Assembly (NCBI GenBank): GCA_963775425.1
Contig: CAVZJB010000003.1
Coordinates: 96,001 to 160,000, forward strand
DNA from: an uncultured delta proteobacterium
Lineage (GTDB): Bacteria > Myxococcota > UBA727 > VGSZ01
DNA length: 64,000 nucleotides
Direction of reading: 5' to 3'
In this document: piece by piece, positions 48,579 to 56,955 of the stretch
How positions within the stretch are numbered: position 1 is the first letter of the stretch
Layout: each line of letters begins with the position of its first letter
Notes under the pieces: model-generated
Database searches by the model: none
What the model was told of the DNA's origin: nothing
What the model saw: only the letters and a program-made list of their open reading frames with translations
Made by a program: the position numbers and the translations under genes

Positions 48579-50021
48579 TCAAACGCCCTGCAGATTCAAC
48601 AGCCGCACCGATCCACGCACGACGTGCGTGACGATCTGTGGAACCGCCGCGCCGGTGAGCTCGGCGTGCTTCTCGAAGGTGATGACGAAGTCGATGCGGC
48701 GGACGCTGTTCTTGCCGGGGGACGCGGTGTCGAGCGTCGCGGGACCTGTAGCGGGCGTGCAGGTGGCGGGATTGGGCGTGGCCTGTCCCGTGACGGGCGT
48801 GGTGAGGCCGTTGCCCGCCCCGTCGAAGTACGTGAAGGCGACGCTCTTCACGTTGCGCGCGACGACGTCCGGGCCGACGCAGAAGTTGGGGGCGACGTCG
48901 CCGGCCGCCATGGGCGAGGCGGGTGCGGTCGGCGTCATCTGGACCGCGGCGAGGAACGCGGCCGCGCCGGCAGGCAGGGTCGCCGCGGCGCGGTTCGGCC
49001 ACCTGGGGTTGTTCGGGTCCGGATCGCCGCTGCATTGGATGCGGTTCAGCGTGTTGGTGGCGGCATCGAAGAAATAGAAGACGCGGTCGAGCGTGGTGAC
49101 CCAGCCCTGTCCGCTGATGCCGCCCGGGCCTTCGCCGCGGACCTGGTTGCGCCAGACGGTGTCGGCGCCGGCGGGGGGGCCGCCGCTCGAAAGCTCCGCG
49201 TCGAACCCGGGGTTGAGGGAGATGGCGAAGTGAGACGAGCCCGCGCCGTCGGGCGGCACGGGGCTGTTCGGGGTGGTGACGTTCAAGGGGTTCGCCAGCG
49301 CGGCCGTGGACCACCCCGCGTCTCCGGCGACGATCTGGATGCGCTCCCCGGGCAGCACGCGGCGCATGCCCCAGGGACAGGTGCGATCGTTGTTGGCGCC
49401 GCCGCTGTCGCACAGCTCCGTCGTCTCGCCCCCGAAGAACAGGCTCGTGCTCGCCGTGCTGCACCCGTTGCCCGGCGCGCATGAGCCGTTGTTCTCGTTG
49501 TGCCACATGATCTTATCGGCGGAGCTGGAGTCGTCGGCGCCGGGGAGGCCGCCCGTCGCGCGGTTGTGCAGCGGGCCGAACGCCGAGTACTGGCCGTCCA
49601 CGCGCGCGAGGTCGCCCACGATGCCGACCTGTGTGTCGTTGGCGAGGACGACGGAGGAGTAGAAGTTGGCGCCGGCCGACGCGCTGCCGGGCGCGTTGCC
49701 TGTGGCGTCGAGCCCATAGGAGAACGCGCACGGGACGGTGGTCCCGGGTCCCGGACTGCCGCAGTCGTGGCGGATGTTGAACCCGGTCTCCGCGCACGCG
49801 TCCGTGAAGGCGCGGGGGACGCCGAGGCCCGCCTGGCGCAGGTCGTTGCTCATCAACTGCGACGCGAACGCCGCGTCGCGCATCATCTCGCTGTGCGCGC
49901 GGGCCCGGCGCCCGCCGTTTTCGACGGCGTCGAGCATGGCCAGCGCGGCGCCGATGACGACGCCCATCAGCGCGATGGCGACGGCGACCTCGAGCAGGGT
50001 GAACGCGCGCGCGCGCTTCAC
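48579..50021 (-). CDS. PilW/PulJ-like prepilin
   Basis: RA|FTLLEVAVAIAL, DLRQAG, VVARNV...FTYFD and V.L.N. Confidence 0.8.
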   Translation of the reverse strand: MKRARAFTLLEVAVAIALMGVVIGAALAMLDAVENGGRRARAHSEMMRDAAFASQLMSNDLRQAGLGVPRAFTDACAETGFNIRHDCGSPGPGTTVPCAFSYGLDATGNAPGSASAGANFYSSVVLANDTQVGIVGDLARVDGQYSAFGPLHNRATGGLPGADDSSSADKIMWHNENNGSCAPGNGCSTASTSLFFGGETTELCDSGGANNDRTCPWGMRRVLPGERIQIVAGDAGWSTAALANPLNVTTPNSPVPPDGAGSSHFAISLNPGFDAELSSGGPPAGADTVWRNQVRGEGPGGISGQGWVTTLDRVFYFFDAATNTLNRIQCSGDPDPNNPRWPNRAAATLPAGAAAFLAAVQMTPTAPASPMAAGDVAPNFCVGPDVVARNVKSVAFTYFDGAGNGLTTPVTGQATPNPATCTPATGPATLDTASPGKNSVRRIDFVITFEKHAELTGAAVPQIVTHVVRGSVRLLNLQGV

Positions 50022-50422
50022 TGGTACACCCGCGTGTCGGCGCTGAAGGTGCGGATGGGCTTGGCGTTGTTGTTCACCACGTACGTCACCGTGACGCTCA
50101 CGGACTTGAAGCGCATGGTCACGGCGCCGGACGTCTCGGAGGTGGGGCCGGTGACGACCACGGTGCGCGTGTAGACGCCGGTCTCTCCGGCGACCGTGGC
50201 GGGGCCGGACGCCGTGACGCCGGAGAAGCCGAGGGCCTGCTGGTGCGTGAGCTCCTCGGAGACGAGCTGCGAGGCGACGACGTCGCGCGCCGATTGCACG
50301 TTGCGCGCTCGCGCGTGGACCATGACGCTCAGCACGGTGCCCACGACGACGGCGACGAGGGCGCCGCCGACCGCGATGTCGAGCAGGAGGTAGCCGCGCG
50401 TGCGTTTGGTGTTGCGAGCCAT
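50018..50422 (-). CDS. PilV/PulI-like prepilin
   Basis: RG|YLLLDIAVGGALV, A..L..E.L and V.VTVTY. Its stop overlaps the start of the next gene. Confidence 0.7.
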   Translation of the reverse strand: MARNTKRTRGYLLLDIAVGGALVAVVVGTVLSVMVHARARNVQSARDVVASQLVSEELTHQQALGFSGVTASGPATVAGETGVYTRTVVVTGPTSETSGAVTMRFKSVSVTVTYVVNNNAKPIRTFSADTRVYQ

Positions 50423-50430
50423 GTCATCCC

Positions 50431-51102
50431 CTACGGGCAGTCGAAGTTGGGCGCGGTGCCGGCGGGCTCCTCGCCACGCGGGATCGCGCAGATCAGCCCG
50501 TGGGCGTTGACGAGGACCTTCTTGATGTTTCCGTTGCCGGGCAGATTGAGGCCTGAGTCGACGATGCTCACGACCGCGTCGTCGTTGTCGACCTTCGGGT
50601 TGCCGCTCCCGTCCACGTCGTTGGAGAAGACGCGTCCGTTGGGGCGGAAGCGGATCTCGTCGGTGAAGCCGGTGGCGGCGGCGCCGGGGGCGGGGATGGT
50701 GGCGCTCGACTCGTGCGGCACCTGGCTGCCGTTGGTGCCGTCGAGGAAGACCTTCAACGTGACGGACTCGATGGTGTCGCTGACGACCTGGATCCACACG
50801 CCCTTGCCGGGATCGATCTTCGTCGCGCTGTCGGGGTCGTTGTCGCAGTCGAAGGTGTTGAGACGCTCGGCCACGAGCTGACGGTTGTTGCGAACGGTGA
50901 CGCGCACGCAGCGCTTGCTCACCATGGCCTCGTTCTGGGCGCGGGCGATGAACGTCGCGATCTGGTCGCCGGCGCTGTTCAGACGCGCCCTGTGGATGGC
51001 GCCGAGCAGCGAGGGGGCGGCCAAAGCAGCCATGACGCCGAGGATGGCCACGACCACCATGACCTCGATGAGCGAAAAAGCGCGCGCTTTCGGGCTGGAC
51101 AC
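50431..51102 (-). CDS. FimT/GspH-like prepilin
   Basis: RA|FSLIEVMVVVAILGVMAALAAP, A..EA and IRF.PNG. Confidence 0.8.
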   Translation of the reverse strand: MSSPKARAFSLIEVMVVVAILGVMAALAAPSLLGAIHRARLNSAGDQIATFIARAQNEAMVSKRCVRVTVRNNRQLVAERLNTFDCDNDPDSATKIDPGKGVWIQVVSDTIESVTLKVFLDGTNGSQVPHESSATIPAPGAAATGFTDEIRFRPNGRVFSNDVDGSGNPKVDNDDAVVSIVDSGLNLPGNGNIKKVLVNAHGLICAIPRGEEPAGTAPNFDCP

Positions 51103-51275
51103 GGCGTCAGGATAGCCGGGGTGGTACCCGAGCGCGAACTGTCTCGTGGGAGCGCGGACTATCGCCCACCGGGTTGTTGTAGCCGGCAGGCAGACATCGG
51201 CGTGTCCCGCACACGCGAGGCCGGTCTGCGGTATCGTGCGCGCATGCGCTCGTGTCCCCTCGCGACGAGGACGCC

Positions 51276-51476
51276 GTGGATCCTTTGAGCCCCACCGTCC
51301 TGGCTGTGGGCGGAGCGCTCACCGCGCTCGTCGTCGCGCTCGTGCTCTGGAAGATCCTCAAGCTCGCGCTCAAGGTCATCCTCTTCGTCGTGGTGATGGT
51401 CGTCCTCGCCGCGGGCGTGGGCGTGTACCTGCAGCATGGACGCGTGGGGCTTCCCGTGCCGTCGCCGTCGCGGTAG
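51276..51476 (+). CDS. Small membrane protein
   Basis: Two hydrophobic helices separated by WKILKLALK. Start uncertain. Confidence 0.6.
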   Translation: MDPLSPTVLAVGGALTALVVALVLWKILKLALKVILFVVVMVVLAAGVGVYLQHGRVGLPVPSPSR

Positions 51477-51484
51477 CGAACGCC

Positions 51485-51736
51485 ATGGTCGACCCCTTCC
51501 TCCTCGAGATCCTCGTGTGCCCCGAGACCAAGGCCAACGTCTCGCTCGCGCCGCCCGAGGTGGTCCTCGGGCTCAACGAGGCCATCGAGAAGGGCACGCT
51601 GGTCAACCGTGGCGGCCGCCGCGTCACCGAGCGCATCCAGGCCGCGCTCGTTCGCCAGGACAACGAGGTCGCCTACCCCGTCCGCGACGGCGTCCCCGTC
51701 ATGCTCGTCGACGAGCAGCTCTCCCTCCGGCGCTGA
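51485..51736 (+). CDS. Trm112/YcaR family protein
   Basis: LLEILVCP.TK and YPVRDGVPVMLVDE. Confidence 0.9.
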   Translation: MVDPFLLEILVCPETKANVSLAPPEVVLGLNEAIEKGTLVNRGGRRVTERIQAALVRQDNEVAYPVRDGVPVMLVDEQLSLRR

Positions 51737-51743
51737 TTCGTCC

Positions 51744-53972
51744 CTAGCGGCACGGCGGCGGCGGAGGGCGGCTGAGGCGCGCGAGCGCTTCGCAGCGGAC
51801 GGCCACCTCGGCGTCGTCGAGGGGCGCGCCGTCGCCGCCGACGCCGAGGTCTGGCGTGAGCGCTTCCCACGGGCCGCGCAGGGCGCCTCTCGTTGGACCG
51901 TCGACGAGCTCGAGCCACGGCAGATCGAGGGTGTGCACACGATCTCCGGGCGGGCGATGCAGGCGCGGGAAGACGATGGCCTTCAGCAGGGCGTCGGGCG
52001 ACAGCGGGGCCTCGAGCGCGGCGATCAGCCCGTCGCCCCAGCGCGCGGGGTGCAGCGAAGGTGCGTCGCCGCAGACGAGCTCTGCGTACTCGGCCTTGAG
52101 CGCGACCATCACGCACGCCGGGAACGCGTCGAGGAGCGTGCGCGAGAGGATGTCGATGCCCTCGGGGCCGGCGCTCGCGTCGACCCACGCGGCGTAGACG
52201 CCGCCCGGCGCGAGGTGCGCGCGCGCGAGCGCGAGGAAGTCCGCGGAGTACAGCTTGCTCGACGCATAGAAGCGAGGGATGTTGACGGTGTTGAGGATGA
52301 CGTCGTAGCGCGCCGTGTCCGCCGCCAGCGTCGACAAGCCGTCTCCCTGCACAATCTCCACGTTGTCGTTGTCGAACAAGCCGAGGCTGCGCGGCGCGAG
52401 CTCCGGCGCCAGGGCGAGCACCGCGGGGCTCACCTCGACGACGCGCGTGTGCTGCATGAGCGACGCCGTCGCGCCGGCGCTGATGCCGGTGCCGAGCCCG
52501 AGGACGAGCGCGCGCTCGCGCCGCGCCGCGAGCGTCGGCGGCACGGCGCCGACGATGAGCTCGGCGGGGTTGGTGCGCCCGAGGCGCGACACGCGCATGC
52601 TCACGTAGCCGTCGAGGACGAGGGTGTCGTCCCCCGTGGCGTCGCGCACGAGGCTCGCCTCGGTGCCGAGCTTGCGCACGCCGCGCGTGGTCACCGCGCC
52701 TTGCTCGACCCACGCGAGCGTCGTCGTGGAGGCGAGGGCGGCGTCGCCGGCGGCCATGACGCCTTTGGGCCACAGGAGCGAGGGCGCGAGCGCCAGCGCC
52801 AGCGCGGCGACGACGGCCGGACGCAGGCGCACCGACGCCAGCAGGAGCGCCGTCGCCGCGGCCGCGCCGGGGATCAACGTGGCGAGCACGCCGTCGGGGA
52901 CGTGCTCCCACACGACGAGCACGCCCGCCGCGTAGCCGACGACGTTGCCGGCGCACGACACGAACAACAGTTGCGCCCCTGGATACCCGCGGCGCTCGAG
53001 CGCCGGCACCGTGGCCCCGAACGCCGCCGCGGGGACCACGGCGAGCGGCAGGGCGACGACGAAGCGCATCCAGGTCGAGGGCGTATCCGCGCTGCTCTCG
53101 AACAAGCGCGCGCACGCGTGGGCGAGAGGTGACACGAGGCAGAAGGCGCCTGCGGTGAGCACGCCGGCCGCCAGGCACACGTGCGCGAGCGGCGCGCGCA
53201 GGCGCGTGAAGACGGCGGCGGCGACCGAGATCCCGACGAGGTTGCCGCACAGGAGCATCGCGAAGCTCTCGTGGTACGGGCCGACGAGCACCTCGGCGAT
53301 CTTGAGGACGAAGAGCTGCGACAAGCCGCTCAGGACGCTCATGAGCGCGAGCGTCGCGAGCTGTCGATCCGCCCGCCGCAGCGGCGTCGCCGGCGCCCGC
53401 CGCGCGCGGGCGAAGCGGAACAGGAGGGCGGCGTCGAGGACGTTGACGCCGCCGACGACGACGAGCGTGAGCCGCAAGCCGAGGTGCGGCAACAGCGCGC
53501 CCTCGACGGCGAGCACGCACGCGGCGGCGCCGACGTTGTACAGGGCGTAGACGCGGGCGAAGCGGCCGCGGTCGGCGTCGGCGAGCCACGGGATGGCCAC
53601 GCCGAGCAAGAGCGCGGGGGGCGCGGCGAAGGCGCCGACGACCGCGATGACGGCGAACGGCCCGTGCGCCCCGAGCGGCGCCACCGTCTCGAGCACGGGC
53701 GCCGCAGCCAACAGCAGCGCCACCAGCGCGGCGTACGCGCCCGCGCCGAGCTCGCACCACCACAGCGAGCGCAGCCGGCGGGCCCACAGGGCGCCGGCGC
53801 CCATGCCGCCGAGGAACGCCGCGAGGATGGCCGCGTCGACGTAGAAGAGGTCGCCGAGGTACGTGGTCAACAGCCGCGAGTAGAGCTGCTCGTAGGCGAG
53901 GCCGCAGACGCCGGCGGCGAAGGTGACGACGGCGAGGACCGCGGCGTTGCCGCGCGACGTCGCCCCGGTCAC
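51744..53972 (-). CDS. Fused membrane (MFS-like)/spermidine synthase family protein
   Basis: G..GLAYEQ, YALYNVGA, ALVLGLGTGIS, VEVSP, DG, YDVI and LYS.DF. GTGA overlap with the upstream gene. Confidence 0.8.
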   Translation of the reverse strand: MTGATSRGNAAVLAVVTFAAGVCGLAYEQLYSRLLTTYLGDLFYVDAAILAAFLGGMGAGALWARRLRSLWWCELGAGAYAALVALLLAAAPVLETVAPLGAHGPFAVIAVVGAFAAPPALLLGVAIPWLADADRGRFARVYALYNVGAAACVLAVEGALLPHLGLRLTLVVVGGVNVLDAALLFRFARARRAPATPLRRADRQLATLALMSVLSGLSQLFVLKIAEVLVGPYHESFAMLLCGNLVGISVAAAVFTRLRAPLAHVCLAAGVLTAGAFCLVSPLAHACARLFESSADTPSTWMRFVVALPLAVVPAAAFGATVPALERRGYPGAQLLFVSCAGNVVGYAAGVLVVWEHVPDGVLATLIPGAAAATALLLASVRLRPAVVAALALALAPSLLWPKGVMAAGDAALASTTTLAWVEQGAVTTRGVRKLGTEASLVRDATGDDTLVLDGYVSMRVSRLGRTNPAELIVGAVPPTLAARRERALVLGLGTGISAGATASLMQHTRVVEVSPAVLALAPELAPRSLGLFDNDNVEIVQGDGLSTLAADTARYDVILNTVNIPRFYASSKLYSADFLALARAHLAPGGVYAAWVDASAGPEGIDILSRTLLDAFPACVMVALKAEYAELVCGDAPSLHPARWGDGLIAALEAPLSPDALLKAIVFPRLHRPPGDRVHTLDLPWLELVDGPTRGALRGPWEALTPDLGVGGDGAPLDDAEVAVRCEALARLSRPPPPPCR

Positions 53973-54919
53973 GGCGCGCCCTTGGCGGCGGGGCGGAGGG
54001 CGCGGCGCACCCGGGTGAGCCACCGCGGCGGGTCGCACGGGGAGACGGCGAGCACCATCCACAAAAGCGGCACGTTGGTGAGGAACGGGATGTGGAGCGT
54101 CGCGTCGATGGCGACGTGAAGGAGCGTGAGCGCGAGGGCGAGCGGCACGCGCAGCGGGCGGACGAACACCAGGAACGCGGAGCACTCGAGCGCGAGCGAG
54201 ATCGCCTGGCACGCGAGCGCGAGGCGCCGGTCGGCGACGATCCAGTGCGTGAGCGCGCTGTGGGGATCGCCGAGCGTGAGCATCCACAACTGCAAGGAGA
54301 GGCCGTCGGCCCAGGCCGGCCCGCACGCCCTGAGCTTGGCGAGCCCGGCGTACGTGTAGAACTGCGCGATGCACAGGAGCCAGAGCGTGTGCACCCAACG
54401 CGGCATGCGCGCGCGCTCGAACGCCGCCGGTCCTCGATCGGCGCCCCGCGGCCGCTCGAACGTCTCCCACAGCGCCGCCACGATCAGCATCAGGTTCGGG
54501 AGCAGATACTTGTGGCGGAAGTACGGCAGGTTCTCCCAGAACAGCGAGACCGTGAGCGTGTACAGGAGCACCGCCGCCCACGACGTCCACGGCACCCACC
54601 GCCGCGCCGCCCACGCCACCGCGGCGACGACGAACCCGATGCGGCACACGTCGTAGGCGAGCGGGGCGTCGATGAACGCGCGCGGGAGCAGGAGGCCCGC
54701 CAACGACACGGTGGCGCCCTTGTCGAGGGCGCGCGGCAAGCGCTCCATGGTGAGCAGGATCGTGCCGCACACGGCGAGGAGCACCCAGACGGTGGCGCGC
54801 CCCCACAGCGGGTCGCAGCGCTCGGTCTCGCGGGTCCACCACGCCCCGGCGCGCGCCGCGATGGTCGGCCCGAGCGCACCGCGGAGGCTTGGGGGCGCGT
54901 GGTCCGCCGGGAGGGTCAT
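53969..54919 (-). CDS. HTTM-domain-like membrane protein
   Basis: Y.YAGLAKL, W.DG..L, LE and LHV.I...L.I.F. ATGA overlap with the upstream gene. Confidence 0.7.
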   Translation of the reverse strand: MTLPADHAPPSLRGALGPTIAARAGAWWTRETERCDPLWGRATVWVLLAVCGTILLTMERLPRALDKGATVSLAGLLLPRAFIDAPLAYDVCRIGFVVAAVAWAARRWVPWTSWAAVLLYTLTVSLFWENLPYFRHKYLLPNLMLIVAALWETFERPRGADRGPAAFERARMPRWVHTLWLLCIAQFYTYAGLAKLRACGPAWADGLSLQLWMLTLGDPHSALTHWIVADRRLALACQAISLALECSAFLVFVRPLRVPLALALTLLHVAIDATLHIPFLTNVPLLWMVLAVSPCDPPRWLTRVRRALRPAAKGAP

Positions 54920-55356
54920 CGGTCGATGCGCCATTTCTTCGTCGAGACGACGCCGACGTGGAGCGCGTCGAGCGGGCCGCGCACGCGTTGGGTGACGGTC
55001 ACGAAGGGCAGGTCGGGGTGCTCGGCGAGCCGCGCGCGCACGAGGGCGCGCAGGTGCGCGTCGTCGAGGACGACGTTGTAGCCGTGCGGCGTCGCGCGCC
55101 CGACGCGCCCGTAGCCGCTGCGCCAGGACTGGTGCAGCGGCGGGTCGTGGGGCTCGGCGAGGGCGAGGCCGAAGGGCGCGGGCGGCAGGCTGTGGCCCGC
55201 CGGATCCCGCACTTCGTATTCGGCGATCTGGTGCACGCGGAACGAGAACATCGTGGGGGTTGAGAACGGATAGAGCTCGAGGACGAAGGGCGGGACGCCG
55301 AGGAACAGGGCGGCGAACACCGCCACCGCCGCCAGCTCGGCGCGCTTGTCGACCAC
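54916..55356 (-). CDS. Membrane-anchored HTTM partner protein
   Basis: Single TM followed by E.YPFS..MF, a motif typical of HTTM-adjacent genes. Confidence 0.6.
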   Translation of the reverse strand: MVDKRAELAAVAVFAALFLGVPPFVLELYPFSTPTMFSFRVHQIAEYEVRDPAGHSLPPAPFGLALAEPHDPPLHQSWRSGYGRVGRATPHGYNVVLDDAHLRALVRARLAEHPDLPFVTVTQRVRGPLDALHVGVVSTKKWRIDR

Positions 55357-55390
55357 GGCCGAATCCTAGCAGCGCCGTCCCCGCCGCGGC

Positions 55391-55419
55391 TTGACAGAAT
55401 GTAACGATCGTTATATTAC
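55391..55419 (+). promoter_or_regulatory. Sigma70-type promoter overlapped by a palindromic operator
   Basis: TTGACA at 55391, an AT-rich -10 region at 55412-55419, and the near-perfect 20-bp palindrome AATGTAACGATCGTTATATT (55398-55417). Confidence 0.7.
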
Positions 55420-55425
55420 GTGCCC

Positions 55426-56955
55426 ATGGTCGCTCACATCCGCCCCCTCGATGTTCCTCCCCAGACGGCGCTGCCCGCGGCGCCCGTCCCCCACGAGCGC
55501 TTGCTGTCGACGATGAAGCGGATGGGCAACGACGACGCCGACTGGCGCGGCGGCCGCTGCTTCTCGCTCGTCTATCACGCGAGCGACGCGCACGCGGCGT
55601 TCCTCAAGGAGGCGCACGCGGTCTTCTTCGAGGAAAACGGCCTCAACCCGATGGCGTTCAAGAGCCTCAAGCGCATGGAGTCCGAGGTGGTGCGCATGAC
55701 CTGCTCGCTGTTCCACGGCGACGCGCGCACCTGCGGCACCATGACGTCGGGCGGCACCGAGTCGCTCCTCCTCGTCGTCAAGACCGCGCGTGACATGGCG
55801 AGGAAGACGCGCGGGGTGCGGCGGCCCGAGGTGGTGATGCCCGCCACCGGGCACGTGGCGTTCGACAAGGCCGCGCACTACTTCGGCGTGAAGATCCGCC
55901 GCGCGCGCGTCGGCGACGACTACCGCGTCGACGTCGACCACGTGCGGAGCCTCATCAACAAGAACACGGTGCTGATCGTCGGCTCGGCGCCGCAGTACCC
56001 CCACGGCGTGGTCGATCCCATCGAGGAGCTCGGCGCGCTGGCGCAGGAGCGGGGCGTGCCCTTGCACGTCGACGCCTGCGTCGGCGGCTTCCTCCTGCCG
56101 TTCCTCGAGAAGCTCGGGCGCCCGCTGCCGCTGTGGGACTTTCGCGTCCCCGGCGTGACGTCCATCTCCGCCGACCTGCACAAGTACGGCTACGCCGCAA
56201 AAGGCGCGTCGGTGCTCGTGTACCGCTCGCTCGACATGCTCAAGCACCAGTTCTTCGTCGCCACCGAGTTCCCCGGCGGCATCTACGCGTCCCCCACAAT
56301 CCCCGGCACGCGGCCCGGCGGCCCCATCGCCGCGGCGTGGGCGGGCATGCTCGCGCTCGGCGAGGAGGGCTACCTCGCGCTCGCGGAGAAGTCCGCCGCC
56401 GCCGCCGACGCGCTGCGCGCCGGCATCGAGCGGCTCGGCCTCGAGCTCATCGGCGCGCCGCACGCCACCATCGTCACCTGGCGGGCGCGCGACGTGAGCA
56501 CCTACGCCGTCGCCGACGCGCTCGAGGACCGCGGCTGGCACGCGGACCGCCAGCAGAACCCCGAGTGCATCCACCTCACCGTCACCGCCAACCACGCCCC
56601 CGTCGTCGAGCGCTACCTGGCGGACCTCGCCGCCGCGCTCGACGAGGTGCGCGCGGATCCTGCCCGGAAGAGCCGGGGCAACGCCGCCATGTACGGGATG
56701 ATGGCCAAGGTGCCCGCGCGCTTCCTCGTGAAGGACGCCGTGCAGAAGGTGATGGAGGGCATGTACGGCCCCGATGGCAAGCAGCCCGACCTCGAAAAGC
56801 CCGACGGCATCGTCGGCGTCATCCTCGAGCGCTATGGCGATCGCGCGCTGGCCATCCTCGACGCCGTCGACGACGCGCGCGCGCGCGTGGAGGCGCTGCG
56901 CGGCCGAGCGCGCAAGCTCGTCCGCCGCGGTCGTCGCGCCGGGAGGCGGTCATGA
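55426..56955 (+). CDS. PLP-dependent group II enzyme, sphingosine-1-phosphate-lyase-like
   Basis: N.LNP..F.SL..ME.EVV, TSGGTES, H.AFDKA, SAPQYPHG, HVDACVGG, SADLHKYGY and GTRPGG. Start at 55420 or 55426. Confidence 0.8.
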   Translation: MVAHIRPLDVPPQTALPAAPVPHERLLSTMKRMGNDDADWRGGRCFSLVYHASDAHAAFLKEAHAVFFEENGLNPMAFKSLKRMESEVVRMTCSLFHGDARTCGTMTSGGTESLLLVVKTARDMARKTRGVRRPEVVMPATGHVAFDKAAHYFGVKIRRARVGDDYRVDVDHVRSLINKNTVLIVGSAPQYPHGVVDPIEELGALAQERGVPLHVDACVGGFLLPFLEKLGRPLPLWDFRVPGVTSISADLHKYGYAAKGASVLVYRSLDMLKHQFFVATEFPGGIYASPTIPGTRPGGPIAAAWAGMLALGEEGYLALAEKSAAAADALRAGIERLGLELIGAPHATIVTWRARDVSTYAVADALEDRGWHADRQQNPECIHLTVTANHAPVVERYLADLAAALDEVRADPARKSRGNAAMYGMMAKVPARFLVKDAVQKVMEGMYGPDGKQPDLEKPDGIVGVILERYGDRALAILDAVDDARARVEALRGRARKLVRRGRRAGRRS

